Shown: positions 1 to 9,518 of the stretch, piece after piece | Layout: every line of letters starts with the position of its first letter | Numbering within the stretch: position 1 is the stretch's first letter | Source of the DNA: Patescibacteria group bacterium | GTDB lineage: Bacteria; Patescibacteriota; Patescibacteriia; WFTA01; S139-112 | Direction: 5' to 3' | DNA length: 46,914 nt | NCBI GenBank assembly: GCA_015485715.1 | Contig: WFTA01000039.1 | Span: 1 to 46,914 of the forward strand | Notes under the pieces: generated by a model | What the model was told of the DNA's origin: nothing | Database searches by the model: none | Seen by the model: the letters and a program-made list of their open reading frames with translations, nothing else | Position numbers and translations under genes: made by a program

Positions 1-85
1 CATTATTGCAGATATGTTGCTTTAAATCAAATTATATACCCATTGGCTTTATAGCAAGATTTACCTCAAAAAGTGAAGCTGGGCA
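1..85 (-). repeat. TIR-element copy A (cut by the window edge; reverse orientation relative to copy C)
   Basis: Aligns along its length with the copies at 6127-6229, 36809-36917 and 46669-46775. Ends in a degenerate TIR, TCAAAAAGTGAAGCTGGGCA. Confidence 0.75.
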
Positions 86-130
86 AGTTGACCAATATAC
101 AGTGTCAAAGCCAAAACTATCATTATTGTT

Positions 131-250
131 ATTTTGGATTTGGGACTTGGGATTTTATTTGACATTTGGATTTTGGCATTTGGAATTCTTAGGTTTAGGA
201 TTTAGGATTTTTATGTGAAATTCAGAATTCTTGTGAAATTTGATTGGAAC
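131..250. repeat. Degenerate short tandem repeats (TTGGATTT / TTAGGATTT / GTGAAATT units)
   Basis: Visible reiteration: ttggatttgggacttgggatttt...ttggattttggcatttggaatt...ttaggtttaggatttaggattt...gtgaaattcagaattcttgtgaaatt. The ORF-track entry 6..218 lies inside this region and is judged spurious. Confidence 0.6.
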
Positions 251-283
251 ACATAAATCAATTATATATTTTAACATAATTCA

Positions 284-1612
284 CTACTCATTTTCAAAAC
301 AATCAAGTAAAGAGTATCTTTCTATCATCAGATGGGCGAACATGGTATTTGCCCAAGCAAACCATTTACGGGTAAAATTTTCAGGCCTGTTCGGATCAAA
401 TGCTTCATGCATATAATAAGTCCCTGCAGTAGTGTTAGCCAACATATCTATCATCTCTTCTATTTCCTGTTCAGAAGAAGATGTCAAAGCCTGCATTATG
501 AGAGACAGATGCCAGACGCCTTTCCTGTGAGGGCTGCCTATACCTCTGGCTATCTTCCCTGCATAAAAGTATGGATTTCTGTGACTTAAAATAAAGGAAC
601 GGGTAGTTTTGTATATCTTATCATCTTTCCTGCAGTAGCCTATCCACGGCAAAGACAGAAGTGAAGGATAATTTGCATCATCCATCAGGTTATAGTTGCC
701 CATACCATCCACCTCATAAGCATACAAGCTGCCTCGCTTTTTATCATCATATATGCCGTACATTTTTATACCCGCTTCTATGTCGCTCCTTAACTTCACT
801 ATCTTATCCATCAACATACTCTCATAGAATCTTTCAACAATTTCTTCCAAGTATTCAAGAGTGACCTTGGCCAATGCAAGAGATGGTATAAGGTAGTTAT
901 ACTGGCAGGGATCGTCACTTGGTCTAAACCCTGACCAGACAAGACCTGTATAGACTACTGGATTTTCTTTGGATATAAGGTGACGTTTTTTATCATTGTC
1001 TGAAAGATTATCCAAAGCGCTATAAGTAGATTTTTTGCTGTGATCCTGCTCTATCTCCAAAGTAGAGACAATGCTTTCTATGCCCTTGGCAAAGTCCTCA
1101 TCAAAAACTCCTTCATATCCTGTATATCTCCAATACTTATAAGCTATCCATATAGGCCAGCATAGGCTGTCCAGCTCATATTTTCTCAATGGATGGCCGT
1201 CTTTCCTTCTGCGGGGAGAATAATCCTCAAAAAAAGCATAAAGATACGGATCTCTGCACAATGCTCTCATCTGTCTCTTTATAGTACCTCTTACAACTCT
1301 GTCAAGTACACTGTCATACTTGGCAAGAAAAATGTAGTTATATATCTGAAGCGCAGAATCGCGTATCCACATAGCTCTTAAATCTCCTGTAAAGACAAAA
1401 TAAGTGTCATCTTCCATTTTCAATGTTGTGGTCTCAAATGTATTTACTATTGTTTTTCTAAATATCTCATACAAGACCCTGTTCGGAATACGAGATTTTG
1501 CATATAATACTATTTCTTCCAAAGCTGTTGACTTTTCAGGATTTATCTTCCTGCCCACTTCTATATCCGGGAAATCAACTTCTTCTGCTGCCTGTCTTCT
1601 AAGTCTGCTCAT
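284..1612 (-). CDS. Glycoside hydrolase family 125-like (metal-independent exo-alpha-mannosidase family, DUF1237)
   Basis: 442-aa ORF with an ATG start. Motifs FVFTGDLRAMWIRDSALQ and C-terminal RKWFAWANTMFAHL match my recollection of GH125 signatures. Confidence 0.75.
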   Translation of the reverse strand: MSRLRRQAAEEVDFPDIEVGRKINPEKSTALEEIVLYAKSRIPNRVLYEIFRKTIVNTFETTTLKMEDDTYFVFTGDLRAMWIRDSALQIYNYIFLAKYDSVLDRVVRGTIKRQMRALCRDPYLYAFFEDYSPRRRKDGHPLRKYELDSLCWPIWIAYKYWRYTGYEGVFDEDFAKGIESIVSTLEIEQDHSKKSTYSALDNLSDNDKKRHLISKENPVVYTGLVWSGFRPSDDPCQYNYLIPSLALAKVTLEYLEEIVERFYESMLMDKIVKLRSDIEAGIKMYGIYDDKKRGSLYAYEVDGMGNYNLMDDANYPSLLSLPWIGYCRKDDKIYKTTRSFILSHRNPYFYAGKIARGIGSPHRKGVWHLSLIMQALTSSSEQEIEEMIDMLANTTAGTYYMHEAFDPNRPENFTRKWFAWANTMFAHLMIERYSLLDCFENE

Positions 1613-2433
1613 AAAACAAACTTTTTAATTGCTTCAACCCATCCTATGGGTCCTTTTCCATCAATCTTTTGGAGATGATCAACTTCTACTTCTCTATTCC
1701 AGATGCCTGCCCTATTTTTAACAAGTACAGGTATATCCACAACCGCAAGCATGGACTCATCGTTGAAGCTGTCACCTATGCCTATAGTCTCCACTTCTCC
1801 ATACTTTTTTCTAAACATCTCTGTAAGTATTTTCACAGCTTTTCCCTTGCCTGCTTCTTTTCCTATGATATTGTAATACCTTCCTCCTCTGGCAAGTTTA
1901 AGCCCGTACTTTGAAACTTCTTTCTTAAGCTCTTCATCTTTCTCCGGCCCTTCTTCAAATTTGAAACTTTCGTTATACATCTTATCCTTTGCCAATTTTG
2001 CCATATCAATAGAAAGATTAGCATCACGGGCCACTTCATCTGGCGTCATATCTGAAAATCCTGTTATCCTCCAGCCTTTTTCCTTCCTTATTTTCCTAAG
2101 TACATCTGTTAAATAATCATATTTGACACCCAAGACTATCACATCGTAGTCTCCATCCTTTTCAACAGTGTAACCTTCGGCAAACTCAGCTATAGGAAAA
2201 TCAAAATATTTATCAGGTATATATATTGCTCCTCCGTTTTCTATAATAAAAGGATCATATACACCCAGTTTTTTCTGGTAGTACTCGTTTTCTGACTTGG
2301 TCTTGGAAGTGCAAAAAACTATAGGCACACCTAAAGATTTGACTTTTTCCACATACGGTAAGGATACTTCATACGAATAAGTATCTCCATCAAGCAATGT
2401 TCCATCTAAATCTGTAAAAACCACTTTCTGCAT
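1609..2433 (-). CDS. HAD-IIB phosphatase of the mannosyl-3-phosphoglycerate phosphatase (MpgP/YedP) type
   Basis: 274 aa. HAD motif I FTDLDGTLL, motif II CTSKT, motif IV GDSFNDESM. ATGA stop/start overlap with the downstream GH125 ORF. Confidence 0.65.
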   Translation of the reverse strand: MQKVVFTDLDGTLLDGDTYSYEVSLPYVEKVKSLGVPIVFCTSKTKSENEYYQKKLGVYDPFIIENGGAIYIPDKYFDFPIAEFAEGYTVEKDGDYDVIVLGVKYDYLTDVLRKIRKEKGWRITGFSDMTPDEVARDANLSIDMAKLAKDKMYNESFKFEEGPEKDEELKKEVSKYGLKLARGGRYYNIIGKEAGKGKAVKILTEMFRKKYGEVETIGIGDSFNDESMLAVVDIPVLVKNRAGIWNREVEVDHLQKIDGKGPIGWVEAIKKFVL

Positions 2434-2466
2434 AAAGTTGAAAATTGGTTAATTGAAAATTGAAAA

Positions 2467-3639
2467 TTAGCTTCCTTTCTTCTTATCCAACCTTTCTATA
2501 ATCTTTACTTTTTCCAGTCTGGAAATCCTGCTTTTGGATATATATTTCTTAAATGTTTGAATGGTGTAATCATAGGTTTTTCTATCTACAAAATAAGGAG
2601 ATCCGTCTTTACCGCCATGTGCAAATGAATACCTTGCCGGATCCTCATAGGAAGGCTTTGCGCCATAGATAACTTCTGCAACCAGAGACAGTGCCCGCAC
2701 AGTCTTGGGACCCACTCCTTGTGTGGATAAAACCTGCTTGAAGCTGTTCGGCTTCTGCAGAGTAAGATTGTATATTACTTTCTGCAAATACTTATTTGCA
2801 GAAAAATCCTCATACAAAGTATCATACTCCTTAAACTCACATCCCTTCAGATCAAGAAGTGTCAATTGAGCTGATGTATGTCTGTCTTTCATTCTGATCA
2901 TCTGAGAAAGTTTTCCTTTATGACGGGAGACAACAGCAAGATCTTTCATCAACTCTTTAAAACTCAAAGATGACAATAACTTGTAGGATACATCTCTGTT
3001 TTTTATGCTTTTGGAAGATGTCAGATCCAAAACTTTGTCTAAAACTTTTTGCGTGCTTATGCCAGAATGCGGTTCAGACAACATATCTGAAATATAACCT
3101 GAATGCCAGTGATAGCGTCTTGCAGTCTGCAAGCTGGTATTCATGCCCTGCTGAACCACAGTCCAGCTTCCTGATTTGGAAAATATAAAAGTATGATGAT
3201 ATATCTGATAGCCATCTTGCAGAAGACAGGAATCAACTTTGGCAGACATTCTTGAATTATAAACAAGGTTTTGTGAGTCTTTATCTGAAAGCCCGGCAGC
3301 AGATGCACGTTCTTCTATCTCCTCAGGCGTTTTTCTGGATGTTTTTCCTTTCCCTCCGCAGATATATACACCAAGCTCCTCTTCCCTGCCTTTGATTGCT
3401 TCTTTCAAAGCAGCTGTTAAAGTTGTAGTCAGGCCTGACGCATTCCAATCAAAAGCAAGCACAGTGCCCAATGACTGAAACCACACAGGATCGCCCATTC
3501 TTCTTACAAATTCTTCAGGCCCCTCTTCCTCTACTATAATCCTGACAATCTCCCTGCCCAAAGATACCATTCTCCTGAAAAGCCATGGCGGACACTTGCC
3601 CCAGTCAAGTGTAAATGTTGCCACTCCCTTGGAAATCAT
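2467..3639 (-). CDS. DUF763-like protein with a C-terminal helix-hairpin-helix
   Basis: 390 aa. The N-terminus (TLDWGKCPPWLFRRMVSLGREI) resembles the DUF763 family as I remember it. An HhH-like GVGPKTVRALSLVAEVIYG lies near the C-terminus. Confidence 0.5.
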   Translation of the reverse strand: MISKGVATFTLDWGKCPPWLFRRMVSLGREIVRIIVEEEGPEEFVRRMGDPVWFQSLGTVLAFDWNASGLTTTLTAALKEAIKGREEELGVYICGGKGKTSRKTPEEIEERASAAGLSDKDSQNLVYNSRMSAKVDSCLLQDGYQIYHHTFIFSKSGSWTVVQQGMNTSLQTARRYHWHSGYISDMLSEPHSGISTQKVLDKVLDLTSSKSIKNRDVSYKLLSSLSFKELMKDLAVVSRHKGKLSQMIRMKDRHTSAQLTLLDLKGCEFKEYDTLYEDFSANKYLQKVIYNLTLQKPNSFKQVLSTQGVGPKTVRALSLVAEVIYGAKPSYEDPARYSFAHGGKDGSPYFVDRKTYDYTIQTFKKYISKSRISRLEKVKIIERLDKKKGS

Positions 3640-3642
3640 AGA

Positions 3643-3957
3643 TTAATCTTGAATACTTTTTTGTGCATTGACAGAACATTCATGTATAGTTTTATAAATT
3701 TTTATCGCACACTCTGGAGAAAAACCAGATTGCTCTGCATATGAACTCCATTTATTTTCTACTTCTTGAGCTCTTTCTGGATCATAAACATTTAAATCAT
3801 GACGGCGTTTCAACTCGCCAATTTTGGAAACTAATTCAAACCTCTCTGCAAGGGATTGCAAAATTTTCTCATCAACTTTATCTATACGCTCTCTAAGTTG
3901 CTCTAATTCTTGTAATGGATCAGACTCTGCTCTATTTTTTTCTTGTTTATTTAACAT
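3643..3957 (-). CDS. Chorismate mutase, AroQ (type II) class, stand-alone
   Basis: 104 aa. LEQLRERIDKVDEKILQSLAERFELVSKIGELKRRHDLNVYDPERAQEV is the typical all-helical CM_2 pattern. Confidence 0.7.
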   Translation of the reverse strand: MLNKQEKNRAESDPLQELEQLRERIDKVDEKILQSLAERFELVSKIGELKRRHDLNVYDPERAQEVENKWSSYAEQSGFSPECAIKIYKTIHECSVNAQKSIQD

Positions 3958-3970
3958 ATAAAATATTTTA

Positions 3971-4525
3971 TTATAATCCTAAATCATCTGCAATTTCCTG
4001 CATAGCAGAAAGTTCTATATCTATAAGTTCTTCCAGAGAAAGTCCCAGATATTCTTCTGCTTTCAGGATAATATCCCTGTTTACACCTGCAGCAAATGAC
4101 GGCTGTTTGAATTTTTTTAAAACTGACTCTCTCTTCACACTTGCAAGTTTTTTATCAGGCTGAACCAAAGCGCAGGCAACTATCAGTCCTGTGAGCTCTT
4201 CAGCACTGTAAAGCGCTTTTTCCAAAAGGGTTTTGGGCTCTATACCATGCACATGGTTATGCACATATATAGCCTGCACAATTTCCGGGTCAAGGCCTGC
4301 CTCTGTCAGGTATTCTTTTGACTTTACAGTATGCAGCTCTGGCGTATCCTGTGTCTCCTCCCAGTCTATATCGTGCAAAAGACCGGCCAGGGCCCACTTT
4401 TCCTCATCTTCACCAAACTTTCTTGCCAATGCCCTCATAATAGCTTCAGCTGCAAGCATATGCTTGATAAGATTTTGATTTTTTACATGCTGATGGAGCA
4501 GATCAAGCGCTTCTTCTCTGGTCAT
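3971..4525 (-). CDS. HD-superfamily metal-dependent phosphohydrolase
   Basis: 184 aa. His...HD signature (KHMLAAEAIM ... GLLHDIDWE). Confidence 0.6.
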   Translation of the reverse strand: MTREEALDLLHQHVKNQNLIKHMLAAEAIMRALARKFGEDEEKWALAGLLHDIDWEETQDTPELHTVKSKEYLTEAGLDPEIVQAIYVHNHVHGIEPKTLLEKALYSAEELTGLIVACALVQPDKKLASVKRESVLKKFKQPSFAAGVNRDIILKAEEYLGLSLEELIDIELSAMQEIADDLGL

Positions 4526-4541
4526 AAAAATGTATTAATTA

Positions 4542-6056
4542 TTAATCTTCTTTGGGCTTCAGTGTAGGGAAAAGAATAACCTCTTTGAGATTGTGAGAAT
4601 TGGTCAAAATAGATGCCAGCCTGTCTATACCCATACCAAATCCTGCTGTAGGAGGCATAGCATGTTTGAGTGCTTCTACATAATCCATATCTATCCTATG
4701 TGCTTCGTCGTCTCCTGCCTGCCTTGCTTCCTCCTGCTCTTTAAATCTCTCAAGCTGGTCTATGGGATCATTCAACTCTGAAAATGCATTGCATACCTCT
4801 CTGCCTGCAATAATAAGCTGAAATCTCTCCACATATCTGGGATTGTCTTCCTTTTTCTTGGCAAGTGGAGAAAGCTCTACAGGATGGTCTATGAGAAAAA
4901 CAGGTCCTGTCAAGTGAGGCCTTGCGAGCTCTTTGTATAGTTCGTCCAGAATTTTGCCCCTGCTCCAGCCTTTCTCCACTTCCACTCCTCTGCTGACCAC
5001 TTCTTTTATAAGCTCTTCTTCATCAAGCAGATTGTCAATATCCAAATCTGCATACTCTATTAAAAGATCCCTAAATGTAACTTTCCTGTAAGGAGGTGTA
5101 AAATCTATTTCTTTTCCCTCAAACTCTATTTTAATATCTCCTGTGATTTTAGGAACCAAATATGCAAAAAGCTCTTCTGTGAGTTTCATCAAATCATTAT
5201 AATCTGCCCAAGCCTGATAAAACTCTATCTGAGTAAACTCAGGATTGTGTTCTCTGTCAATGCCCTCGTTTCTAAAACACCTTGCAATTTCATACACTTT
5301 TTCAAACCCGCCTACAATAAGCCTTTTTAAATACAGTTCAGGAGCAACCCTTAAATAAAGATCTATATCAAGTGCATTGTGATGAGTGATAAAAGGGCGG
5401 GCTGTTGCTCCACCCGGTATAGGCTGAAGAATGGGTGTTTCCACTTCTATAAAACCTCTGTCGTCAAAAAACCTTCTTATTTCTCTTACCATATATGATC
5501 TTTTTTCAAAGATATTTTTTACATTTTTATTGGCAAGCAGATCCAGATATCTTTTTCTGTATCTTATCTCAGTATCAGTCAGGCCATGCCATTTTTCAGG
5601 AAGCGGCAGCAGGGCTTTAGCCAAAAGCCTGTATTCTCTAACTTTAATGCTCTTTTCACCTTTCTTGGTGGTAAAAACATATCCTTTTGCCTCTAAAATA
5701 TCAGCTGAATCTATCAAATCAGTAAAGAATTTATAATTTTCATCTCCTATTTCATCTTTTTTAAAATAAAGCTGTATTTTACCTGATTCATCTTCCAAAT
5801 CTGCAAATGAAGATCCTCCATGGATGCGCATAGATCTTATCCTGCCGCATACAACCACTTCCTCTCCGCTTTTTGCAAGCTCGTCAAACTTATCCAAAAC
5901 ATAAGATATGGGCAAACTGCAGTTGCATCTGGCAGGATAAGGATTGATGCCTTTCTCCTCAATAAGTTTCAATTTCTCTTCTCTTACTTCTTCTTCACTT
6001 CTGTTGCCAAACAATCCTGAAGTCTGGCTGTTTGGATTTACATCAGAATCACTCAT
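4542..6056 (-). CDS. lysS: Lysine--tRNA ligase, class II
   Basis: 504 aa. N-terminal OB-fold region, class II motif 2 ([21 protein letters not shown]) and motif 3 (GFGMGIDRL). Confidence 0.92.
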   Translation of the reverse strand: MSDSDVNPNSQTSGLFGNRSEEEVREEKLKLIEEKGINPYPARCNCSLPISYVLDKFDELAKSGEEVVVCGRIRSMRIHGGSSFADLEDESGKIQLYFKKDEIGDENYKFFTDLIDSADILEAKGYVFTTKKGEKSIKVREYRLLAKALLPLPEKWHGLTDTEIRYRKRYLDLLANKNVKNIFEKRSYMVREIRRFFDDRGFIEVETPILQPIPGGATARPFITHHNALDIDLYLRVAPELYLKRLIVGGFEKVYEIARCFRNEGIDREHNPEFTQIEFYQAWADYNDLMKLTEELFAYLVPKITGDIKIEFEGKEIDFTPPYRKVTFRDLLIEYADLDIDNLLDEEELIKEVVSRGVEVEKGWSRGKILDELYKELARPHLTGPVFLIDHPVELSPLAKKKEDNPRYVERFQLIIAGREVCNAFSELNDPIDQLERFKEQEEARQAGDDEAHRIDMDYVEALKHAMPPTAGFGMGIDRLASILTNSHNLKEVILFPTLKPKED

Positions 6057-6126
6057 ACGACAAAAATTAATTATACATAAAAGTTATTTTAAGAATAACA
6101 TAAATATAGAAAAAATCAAAATTATA

Positions 6127-6229
6127 CAGCCCCACTTTTCAAGATTATCTGCAGATATGTTGCTTTAGATTAAGTTATACACCCCTTGACTTTATAGCAA
6201 GATTTGCCTCAAAAAATGGGGCTGGGTTG
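6127..6229 (-). repeat. TIR-element copy B (left TIR shortened)
   Basis: CAGCCCCACTTTTC...TCAAAAAATGGGGCTGGGTTG. Aligns with copies A, C and D. Overlaps the last 11 codons and the stop of comF. Confidence 0.85.
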
Positions 6230-6926
6230 CCCTTGCAAATACCAATCCATAAATACGAACTGAAGGAACGGCTTTTCTAATAGTAAAAGACAGAGATTTT
6301 AAAGTAGCTCCTGTAGTTATTACATCATCTACTATGATGATATCTTTTCCTTCTAAAAGTTCGGGCACTATAACTTCAAATGCATCTTTGATATTTTCTA
6401 TTCTTTTTTCTTTAGTCAACTTTGTCTGGCTCTTGGTATACACTTTCCTTACAACAGCAATTTTCTCTACATGTCCTCCAACATAATCTGCAATTTTATC
6501 AGCCAGTAGATAACTTTGATTATAACCTCTTTCCCATTCTCTTTTCTTATGCAAAGGAACAGGCAAAAAAATAAAATTATCCCTCATCAGTACAGAAAGC
6601 AAAAGAGGGGAATTTTCTATTTTCTTCACCATAAAATCAGTAGAAACAGACGCAAGCTCAGTAAGATTATCATACTTAAGTCCATATACTATTTCCTTTA
6701 CAACTCCCTTTTCCCAACAGCAAACAAAAAGCCCGTCTATATCAGACGGGCATCCTTTATGCGGGCTTCCCACTGGTGTTTTTTGCAGACAAGAAGGACA
6801 GAAAAATTCATCTATTACTTCTACCCTACCAATGCAATCTCTACACAGCCAATCTCCCTCTCTTCTGCATCCCAAGCACTCAACAGGAAAAATCAAATCC
6901 ATCAGATAATCAAACAGTCTTTTCAT
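6192..6926 (-). CDS. comF: ComF family protein (phosphoribosyltransferase-like competence protein)
   Basis: 244 aa. N-terminal double CxxC (CLGCRREGDWLCRDC ... CPSC) and PRTase motif IIIVDDVITTGATL. The C-terminal TQPHFLRQILL* is encoded by repeat copy B. Confidence 0.8.
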   Translation of the reverse strand: MKRLFDYLMDLIFPVECLGCRREGDWLCRDCIGRVEVIDEFFCPSCLQKTPVGSPHKGCPSDIDGLFVCCWEKGVVKEIVYGLKYDNLTELASVSTDFMVKKIENSPLLLSVLMRDNFIFLPVPLHKKREWERGYNQSYLLADKIADYVGGHVEKIAVVRKVYTKSQTKLTKEKRIENIKDAFEVIVPELLEGKDIIIVDDVITTGATLKSLSFTIRKAVPSVRIYGLVFARATQPHFLRQILL

Positions 6927-9501
6927 ACACCACTTTTCCCTTTTTAAGCACTGCTCTTGCTTTATCTCCTTTTTTAATCCTGCCTTCTATAATCTCATCT
7001 GCCAAAGTAGATACTATCATATCCTGAATATTCTTTTTTACCAGTCTTGCTCCCTCCTCTGGTGAGAAACTGAGATTGGCAATTTTATCTATAACCTTTT
7101 TATCCACTGTCAACTCTATTTTATTATCACCCCTGACCTGATCTATGACTTTATCTATCTCAATCTCTGCAATTTTCCTAACTTCTCTCTTATCCAGAGG
7201 CCTAAATACAATAACTCTATCGAGCCTATTCAAAAACTCAAGCCTAAACTCCTTTTTAAGTTCAGATATTACTTCCTCTTTGATGACTGAAAATTGTTTG
7301 TCAAAATCTATTTTCTCCTCCTTGCCAAATCCAATATTTTCAGATTTAAGCTTGGAAAGGCCTACATTGGATGTCAGGATTATAATAGTATTTCTAAAGT
7401 CGGCTTCCTTGCCTTTGGAATCTGTAAGTCTTCCTTCGTCAAGTATCTGCAAAAGTATGTTGAATACTTCGGGGTGAGCTTTCTCTATTTCATCAAACAA
7501 AACTACAGAGTACGGCTGTCTCCTTATCCTGTCTGTGAGTTGCCCCCCTTCCTGATACCCCACATACCCTGCCGGTGCTCCTATCAGTCTGGATACATTG
7601 AAACTTTCTGAAAACTCTGACATATCAAAACGTACCAATGCCTTGGGATTCTGGAATACTTCCTCTGCTAAAACCTTTGCTGTCTCTGTTTTTCCCACCC
7701 CTGAAGGACCTAAAAACATAAAAGATCCCAAAGGCCTGTCGTGCTGGCTTAAACCAGTACGTGATTTTTTGATAACTTTCACAAGCTCATCTATAGCCTC
7801 ATCTTGGCCTACAATACGCAACTTCAGACGTCTGCTTAGATCTTTTAATCTGGCTGCTTCAGATGCAATCAGGTTGGTAACCGGAATACCAGTGATATCT
7901 GAAACCAAATTTGCAATATCTTTACTGGTAATTCTGCCAATGTATCCTTCTCTATTGGCTGTAGTCTGAGACAGATATCTATCTATCTCTTCTCTTAGTC
8001 TCTTTTCTTCCTCTTTTAACATTAGAGCTCTTGGAAAATTCTCCTGCTGAACTGCCTTTCTTTTCTCCTCTATAATCTCATCAAGCTTCATCTCCAATTC
8101 TTTGGCTTTTTTCTTGTGCTCAAGAGATTTTTTAGACAATTTACTTATAGATATTTTAGCTCCTGCTTCGTCTATCAAATCCACTGCCTTATCAGGTAAA
8201 AACTTATTTGATATATATCTGTCTGATAATCTTACTGCTGCCTCTATTGCATCATTTGTTATTTTTATTTTATGATGCTCTTCATAAGCAGATTTAATTC
8301 CTTTTAAAATCTGAATAGTCTCTACAACTGACGGCTCTTTGACTTCTACCACCTGCAGCCTTCTCTCAAGTGCTGAATCCGGCTCTATATGTTTTTTATA
8401 CTCATCATAAGTTGTTGCTCCTATTAATCTTATCTCGCCTCTTGCCAGAGCTGGCTTTAAAATATTGGCAGCATCCAGCGATCCCATAGCAGATCCTGCA
8501 CCCACAATGTTATGTATTTCATCTATAAAAAGTATAATATCCTCATTTTCCATTACTTCCTCTATAACCTGTTTAAGACGAGATTCAAATTCTCCTCTAT
8601 ACATAGCACCTGCAACGAGCAAAGACAAATCAAGATTGTATATTTTCTTGCCAATTAGCACTTCAGGAACATCACCTTCTACTATTTTTTTGGCAAGACC
8701 CTCTACTATGGCGGTTTTCCCTACACCCGGCTCACCTAAAAGTATAGGATTGTTTTTATCTCTTCTGGATAAGATCTGTATCATTCTCTCAATCTCTTTT
8801 TCTCTGCCGATGACCGGTGTTAGCTTCTTTTGATAATAAGGATCCGTAAGTTCAACTCCGACATAATCCAAGATAAGCTCCTGCTTACCTTTCTTGTTCT
8901 TCTTTGTCTTTGATTTTGTCTTGGGCGCAGTTGATGCAAGATCTGCCTCCTCTTCAGGAGAGTCGAATTCACCTGCAACTTCTTCAAATTTATCCACACT
9001 TTTAATAGCGGCTTCCACCTGTGCAGTCAAATTATCAAGTGCCATTTTCTTCCTTGACAGGAAATCTCTTACTACATCCTCGTTAAAAGATATTAATCCC
9101 AGAAGAAGATGCTCTGTTCCTATAAACTTATGCTTATGCTTGGCAGCAATCAAAACTGATTTTTGGATTACATCTTTTGCCTCTTCTGATAATGTTATAT
9201 CTTCTATTTCGTCAATTTTTTCCAAACTCCTTTTCAAGATATCATATTGCTCTCCATATTTCTTCTCTTTCTTGTTATTTGTGTCAGATGATACAACCTG
9301 ACCTTCTCCTTCATTTCGCCAATCATCTACGTCAGTCAGCTTCAACTTATATAAGAGTTCAAAAGCAACAGAACCCTTTACCTGCGTCAATGCCTGCATG
9401 AGGTGCTTGGGCAATACCTCTTTTTCATTTTCCTTAAAAGCAATCTCAACTGCTTTTTTAAGGACATGCTTGTATTTGTTGGTAAATTTAATTTCATTCA
9501 T
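6910..9501 (-). CDS. clpC: AAA+ Clp ATPase, ClpC-like
   Basis: Two Walker A boxes (GEPGVGKT, GPSGVGKT), Clp-N repeats, a short coiled-coil middle domain and an IGF loop (SENIGFG). The track start at 9507 is TTG, so I prefer the ATG at 9501 (MNEIKF...). Confidence 0.85.
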   Translation of the reverse strand: MNEIKFTNKYKHVLKKAVEIAFKENEKEVLPKHLMQALTQVKGSVAFELLYKLKLTDVDDWRNEGEGQVVSSDTNNKKEKKYGEQYDILKRSLEKIDEIEDITLSEEAKDVIQKSVLIAAKHKHKFIGTEHLLLGLISFNEDVVRDFLSRKKMALDNLTAQVEAAIKSVDKFEEVAGEFDSPEEEADLASTAPKTKSKTKKNKKGKQELILDYVGVELTDPYYQKKLTPVIGREKEIERMIQILSRRDKNNPILLGEPGVGKTAIVEGLAKKIVEGDVPEVLIGKKIYNLDLSLLVAGAMYRGEFESRLKQVIEEVMENEDIILFIDEIHNIVGAGSAMGSLDAANILKPALARGEIRLIGATTYDEYKKHIEPDSALERRLQVVEVKEPSVVETIQILKGIKSAYEEHHKIKITNDAIEAAVRLSDRYISNKFLPDKAVDLIDEAGAKISISKLSKKSLEHKKKAKELEMKLDEIIEEKRKAVQQENFPRALMLKEEEKRLREEIDRYLSQTTANREGYIGRITSKDIANLVSDITGIPVTNLIASEAARLKDLSRRLKLRIVGQDEAIDELVKVIKKSRTGLSQHDRPLGSFMFLGPSGVGKTETAKVLAEEVFQNPKALVRFDMSEFSESFNVSRLIGAPAGYVGYQEGGQLTDRIRRQPYSVVLFDEIEKAHPEVFNILLQILDEGRLTDSKGKEADFRNTIIILTSNVGLSKLKSENIGFGKEEKIDFDKQFSVIKEEVISELKKEFRLEFLNRLDRVIVFRPLDKREVRKIAEIEIDKVIDQVRGDNKIELTVDKKVIDKIANLSFSPEEGARLVKKNIQDMIVSTLADEIIEGRIKKGDKARAVLKKGKVVYEKTV

Positions 9502-9518
9502 ATACAAAACAAATTAAT

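Noticed and set aside
131-250. Possible CRISPR array, given the regular short repeats (also 46776-46855)
   Set aside because: The units are only ~8-12 nt, are degenerate, and are not separated by unique 25-40-nt spacers. No cas genes are present.
6910-6926. 17-nt overlap of comF and clpC as a sign of frameshift or pseudogenisation
   Set aside because: Both ORFs are full-length with intact motifs. An alternative comF ATG at 6902 removes the overlap, so this is ordinary compact gene packing.
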